A DNA stretch of 63,800 bases, filler included, from Lenisia limosa (lineage: Eukaryota; Protista; Breviatea): NCBI GenBank assembly GCA_001655205.1. It is 10 parts of 10 records of this genome, joined end to end, with 100 filler letters (N's around TTAATTAATTAA, not from the genome) between each part and the next. Parts side by side here need not be neighbours in the genome. Positions count along the whole stretch, not along the records: positions 60,309 to 63,800 come from LPNZ01005054.1; 9 more parts are not named here. The stretch is one strand, 5' to 3'. Made by a program: the position numbers and the translations under genes. This document shows, in pieces, positions 60,400 through 63,800 of this stretch (within the stretch, counting starts at the first letter, position 1; every line of letters begins with the position of its first letter). Below the pieces are notes generated by a model. The model was not told where the DNA came from, did no database searches, and was given only the letters and a program-made list of their open reading frames with translations.

Positions 60400-63300
60400 A
60401 TAGTGTTCTACAACCACCTTCAATGGATAGACAATGTAACACATCCAATGTTTTGGTAGCAGTATTTTGTCGATCTGGCTAGCCATTTTAATGAGTAGTA
60501 TACGCCATTGACTTTACCAGCACTTCTCCCCGAGCAGGCCAACAGAGACGCCCTGTCCTACTTAAGTGCGATCATTGACTCCACCAACAGGGAATGGTCA
60601 AGATTAGATGGTGTCGGGAGGGGGGATGGTCAAAATCAACCCTGTTGGCTGACAGCACACAGATAACAANNNNNNNNNNNNNNNNNNNNNNNNNNNNNNN
60701 NNNNNNNNNNNNNNNNNNNNNNNNNNNNNNNNNNNNNNNNNNNNNNNNNNNNNNNNNNNNNNNNNNNNNNNNNNNNNNNNNNNNNNNNNNNNNNNNNNNN
60801 NNNNNNNNNNNNNNNNNNNNAGAAAACAACAAATCAAAGCAAAAACAAATAAAAAAATACCCCCCTCCCCCCCACGCTCTCTTCTCTCTGTCATTTTGTT
60901 TTCTTGTATTGAAACCTTGTGTACTCAGCTGTTTAACTGAAATGGTTATTTTTGTTCCAATAATATTGATAGACACCACCCGTCACCCGGTGTAGTATCA
61001 CTGCCGGATGGCGCCATTCTCAGCCCTCTTGTCGCTGACCAAAATCAACGAACCGCTTATCACCACCATGAAGGACTGGGTGGATGGGGGGTACTAGAGC
61101 TCTTCAGCCCTTGATCGCATCTATCCATATATTACGATCAAACAGTATCGATGGCATTCTGAGCCGATTTTATTGTGCAATTATCCTCCTCTCCCTTTTC
61201 CAGCTACCCCCTCTTGGTCCCTAACTGTGGTTTTGTGTGGTTTCGATTCTTTGCTCATATTTACTTATTGACGCGTCCACGCAGATGGCACTCACCCCCC
61301 ACCCTCCAGACCATTGAGTCGTCAAAAGAGCCTCTCAGAACCCTGGTCGCCAAATCAGTCTCTAAAGCCTACAAATCCAAAAAGGTAGGGCTATTGTCCA
61401 CACATAAAAACGACTCTTGTCATTTGCACAGTTCTTTTCTTGAAATATTCCTGAACAGATATTACAAAACAACCATTTTAATATTTCTCTTCAAAGTAAT
61501 GGCAGTTCATCACCAATGTTAGGACAGAGGGGACTTGCTTCCCTCCAACATTTGTCTGGCAATCAACCCAGAATCGGTTGGTTTGGCCTAATGCTGTTGT
61601 GTCACTTAAATATTGGATCTCTACTGTTTTTATAATTTTCTCATATCTGTCTTATCGAGTTTTCTCACATCTGTCTTGTCAAGTTCTCATATCTGTCTTG
61701 TCGAGTTTTTTTTCTGTTACCCCCAAAGAGTCATAACCGCATAGACATACTAGTTTATACATATCATACACTTTGATATATCATATAGTCTGTCTGATAT
61801 GCATAGTTTTATGTACAAATGTACACTGACAGGGATAAGTCTTGACCGATTTGCTGATGATTTCCCAAGGAAAATCGGTCAAGACTTCCCGGTCACTGTG
61901 TATAAATCAGTGAAAAATACTCTGATCACACACAAGGACATGATGGCTCCGGACCGCATTGATATCCGTAACGGAAAGGGCGACTTACAGGGTTACGTGC
62001 TCCAAGCCTGTAGGGGGGAGATGATATCATGAGTGAGCCAATTCACTTGTCTCCCTTTTGAGCCCGATGGTAAACCTCTCTATTGTACTCGATTATTTTA
62101 TGAGGGGTAGCAACAATCGTCTCGCTTTTTCTTTAGTTTCCACTAGTCCTTTGGTCTGGAATGTTATTGTCGTAGTGTTTGATGATTTTTCTAATCTATT
62201 TTGCGTTGATTGTTCAGATATTGCTGCCCCCAGTAGCAACCAGGAGACCGGTAAGCAAGTCGAGAGCTTCGCAGACTACTCACAAAAGATGGCCCAGGTG
62301 TGTGTGTGTGTGGAGGGGGGGGGGTGATTCTGCACCTTTTGGGAAATTTAATTGTTGGAATGTTATTATTGTTATTATTATCATTTGTTACATTTTAGTT
62401 TGGGTTTTCAATATTTGTATTTTTTTCTTCCATCTATGCATGTTAATAAATTGTTGATAAAGAAGAGGATGTTACTTGTGAAGAAGTCTTTAGGAAATCC
62501 ATTCCTTTTTCTTGATTAATTATATGTAGGAAGACAAGAAGCACGAAGACCTTTTAGCTGAGTTGAATGAAGAACAACGTACGGCAAAAAAGCTTGAACG
62601 CGAGGTGCGCAGGAATAAGCTGCTTCACAATGTCTTAGTTTCAAATTGAATTTATATCCGTGCTTCATAATACTTCATGTTTATGGCTGACAATTTGTGC
62701 TTCTCTTTTTTCTGAAACAAGTAGTTTATTCGATACACCTCAATACCCGTATATGATATACGGGTTATATTTGGCCGAATACTATTTATCTACCCGTCTA
62801 TTTTTGATTGGAGGGTACTCCCAATTACAATCATCAAATTACGTTACCCACCAACTCAACCCTCCTCATTTCGTGATTAATTTTGGGCAAATAAGATTCC
62901 AAGTATCTCAATATATCTTCTTTCTACCCCCCTGCTGTATGATCCATATTGATCCCCAAGATTCTGAAGAATGAAAGAGACGTCCGCCAGGCTGAGAAAC
63001 TGGCCCGAATGGAGGACTATGAGCAGACCAAGGCAGAGATGGAGGAAAAGAGAAAGCTCAAGGTTTGCTGAAGGATTTTCCCTCACCATCTGACATGATA
63101 GCCCATATCTCCTCCACTTAAGTAACTTGTCATGTTGTTTGTAATATCTTTAGGAGGAAGGCGAAAACGCCAAATCAGAGGCTGAAGAAGACGCCTCATC
63201 CACCATTGAGGCTATTGAGTGTATGCGTTGGGGGGGGGGGAGGTAATTGGTTGGTGAAGACAATACATTGATTGGGTATTTCCAAAACTCTCTTCTCTGG

Positions 63301-63702
63301 AAACAACAGGGTCATCATTTTGTTTAGCATTATGTATTATGTTAACATTTTCCAAGTCTTTCTCAATAGAAGGCATGACGCCTCTATTGCATCAAAATTA
63401 TTAAACGCTTTCAATGTACTTCAGTTTTTTCTGTTTATCATAGAACTGTTTATACGGTTATTGCGACTGACTTGGCCCCTCTTTATTTAACCATTAAACT
63501 CAAATGCATAACAATAGGAGTATTAAACTATCGATATAGGATTTCTCAATATAATTTGGTCTTTTCAGAACAAAGTGAATTATGGCTGCTGTGTTGTTCT
63601 CTATTCCACTTGGTCTGACTACACAGCCGAGGAAACCCCCGAGGGCGTGCCATCATTCTCACTGAGTGACCCCTCTTCACCCGCTCGCAAGGGCAAAAAA
63701 GT
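60400..63702 (+). CDS. Multi-exon gene of unknown function with a coiled-coil-rich region (partial; 5' exons unresolved)
   Basis: In-frame exons PSRPLSRQKSLSEPW, ISLDRFADDFPRKIG..GYVLQA, EDKKHEDLLAELNEEQRTAKKLERE and ILKNERDVRQAEKLARMEDYEQTKAEMEEKRKLK. The upstream exon YAIDFTSTSPEQANRDALSYLSAII probably belongs to it. Confidence 0.6.
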
Positions 63703-63800
63703 GGGTGCCATGCAACTGGGGCGGATTTGTCGTTATTAGTTTTTTTAAACTATCATTTATCAATAGCTATTGGTGTTTAAACCACGAGAATCTCTTAATA

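Noticed and set aside
40-60995. Many ORF-track entries spanning X runs
   Set aside because: They are open only because N gaps contain no stop codons.
61008-61017. Palindrome ATGGCGCCAT giving overlapping start codons on both strands
   Set aside because: The plus-strand ATG frame hits stops after either downstream acceptor. A different frame splices cleanly as an internal exon, so this is likely coincidence.

Overview
Eukaryotic, intron-rich draft genome sequence in the standard genetic code (TAA, TAG and TGA are all used as stops). The organism is probably a flagellated protist with mitochondria: it has axonemal dynein IC2 and Erv1. The window is not contiguous. Nine artificial 100-bp spacers (44 N + TTAATTAATTAA + 44 N) join ten unrelated contigs, so nothing should be inferred across them. 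Genes read by manual exon splicing: VPS35L (3' part), a class I cyclic-nucleotide phosphodiesterase, an Asn/Met-rich protein, an ankyrin-repeat protein, a secreted fibrinogen-like protein, a secreted Ig-like/sushi/RCC1 protein plus a paralog on another contig, PLAA/Doa1, Erv1, an SDT1-like HAD nucleotidase, a PX-PH protein, TMA7, Fab1/PIKfyve, DNAI2, a MARK/SNF1-like kinase, cytosolic GluRS, a Calx-beta-like repeat adhesin and several orphans. The most unusual signal is in the introns. A ~120-nt repeat family (AGAAGCGACTGGCCTGGGCTTT...CAGCCAACAGAGTTGATTTTGG...TTTCATAAATTTTCCAATTTCAC-Cn-AG) recurs in introns of unrelated genes, nearly always in the sense orientation and often ending exactly at the 3' splice site. 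Many introns also begin with a G-run and end with a C-run. This suggests an introner-like or splice-signal-donating element. Also present: a 2.2-kb TIR/TA transposon inside a DNAI2 intron, two MITE families, a second short intronic motif, a mirror-symmetric bidirectional promoter and a triplicated splice acceptor. All protein identifications come from motif recognition by eye; no database searches were run.
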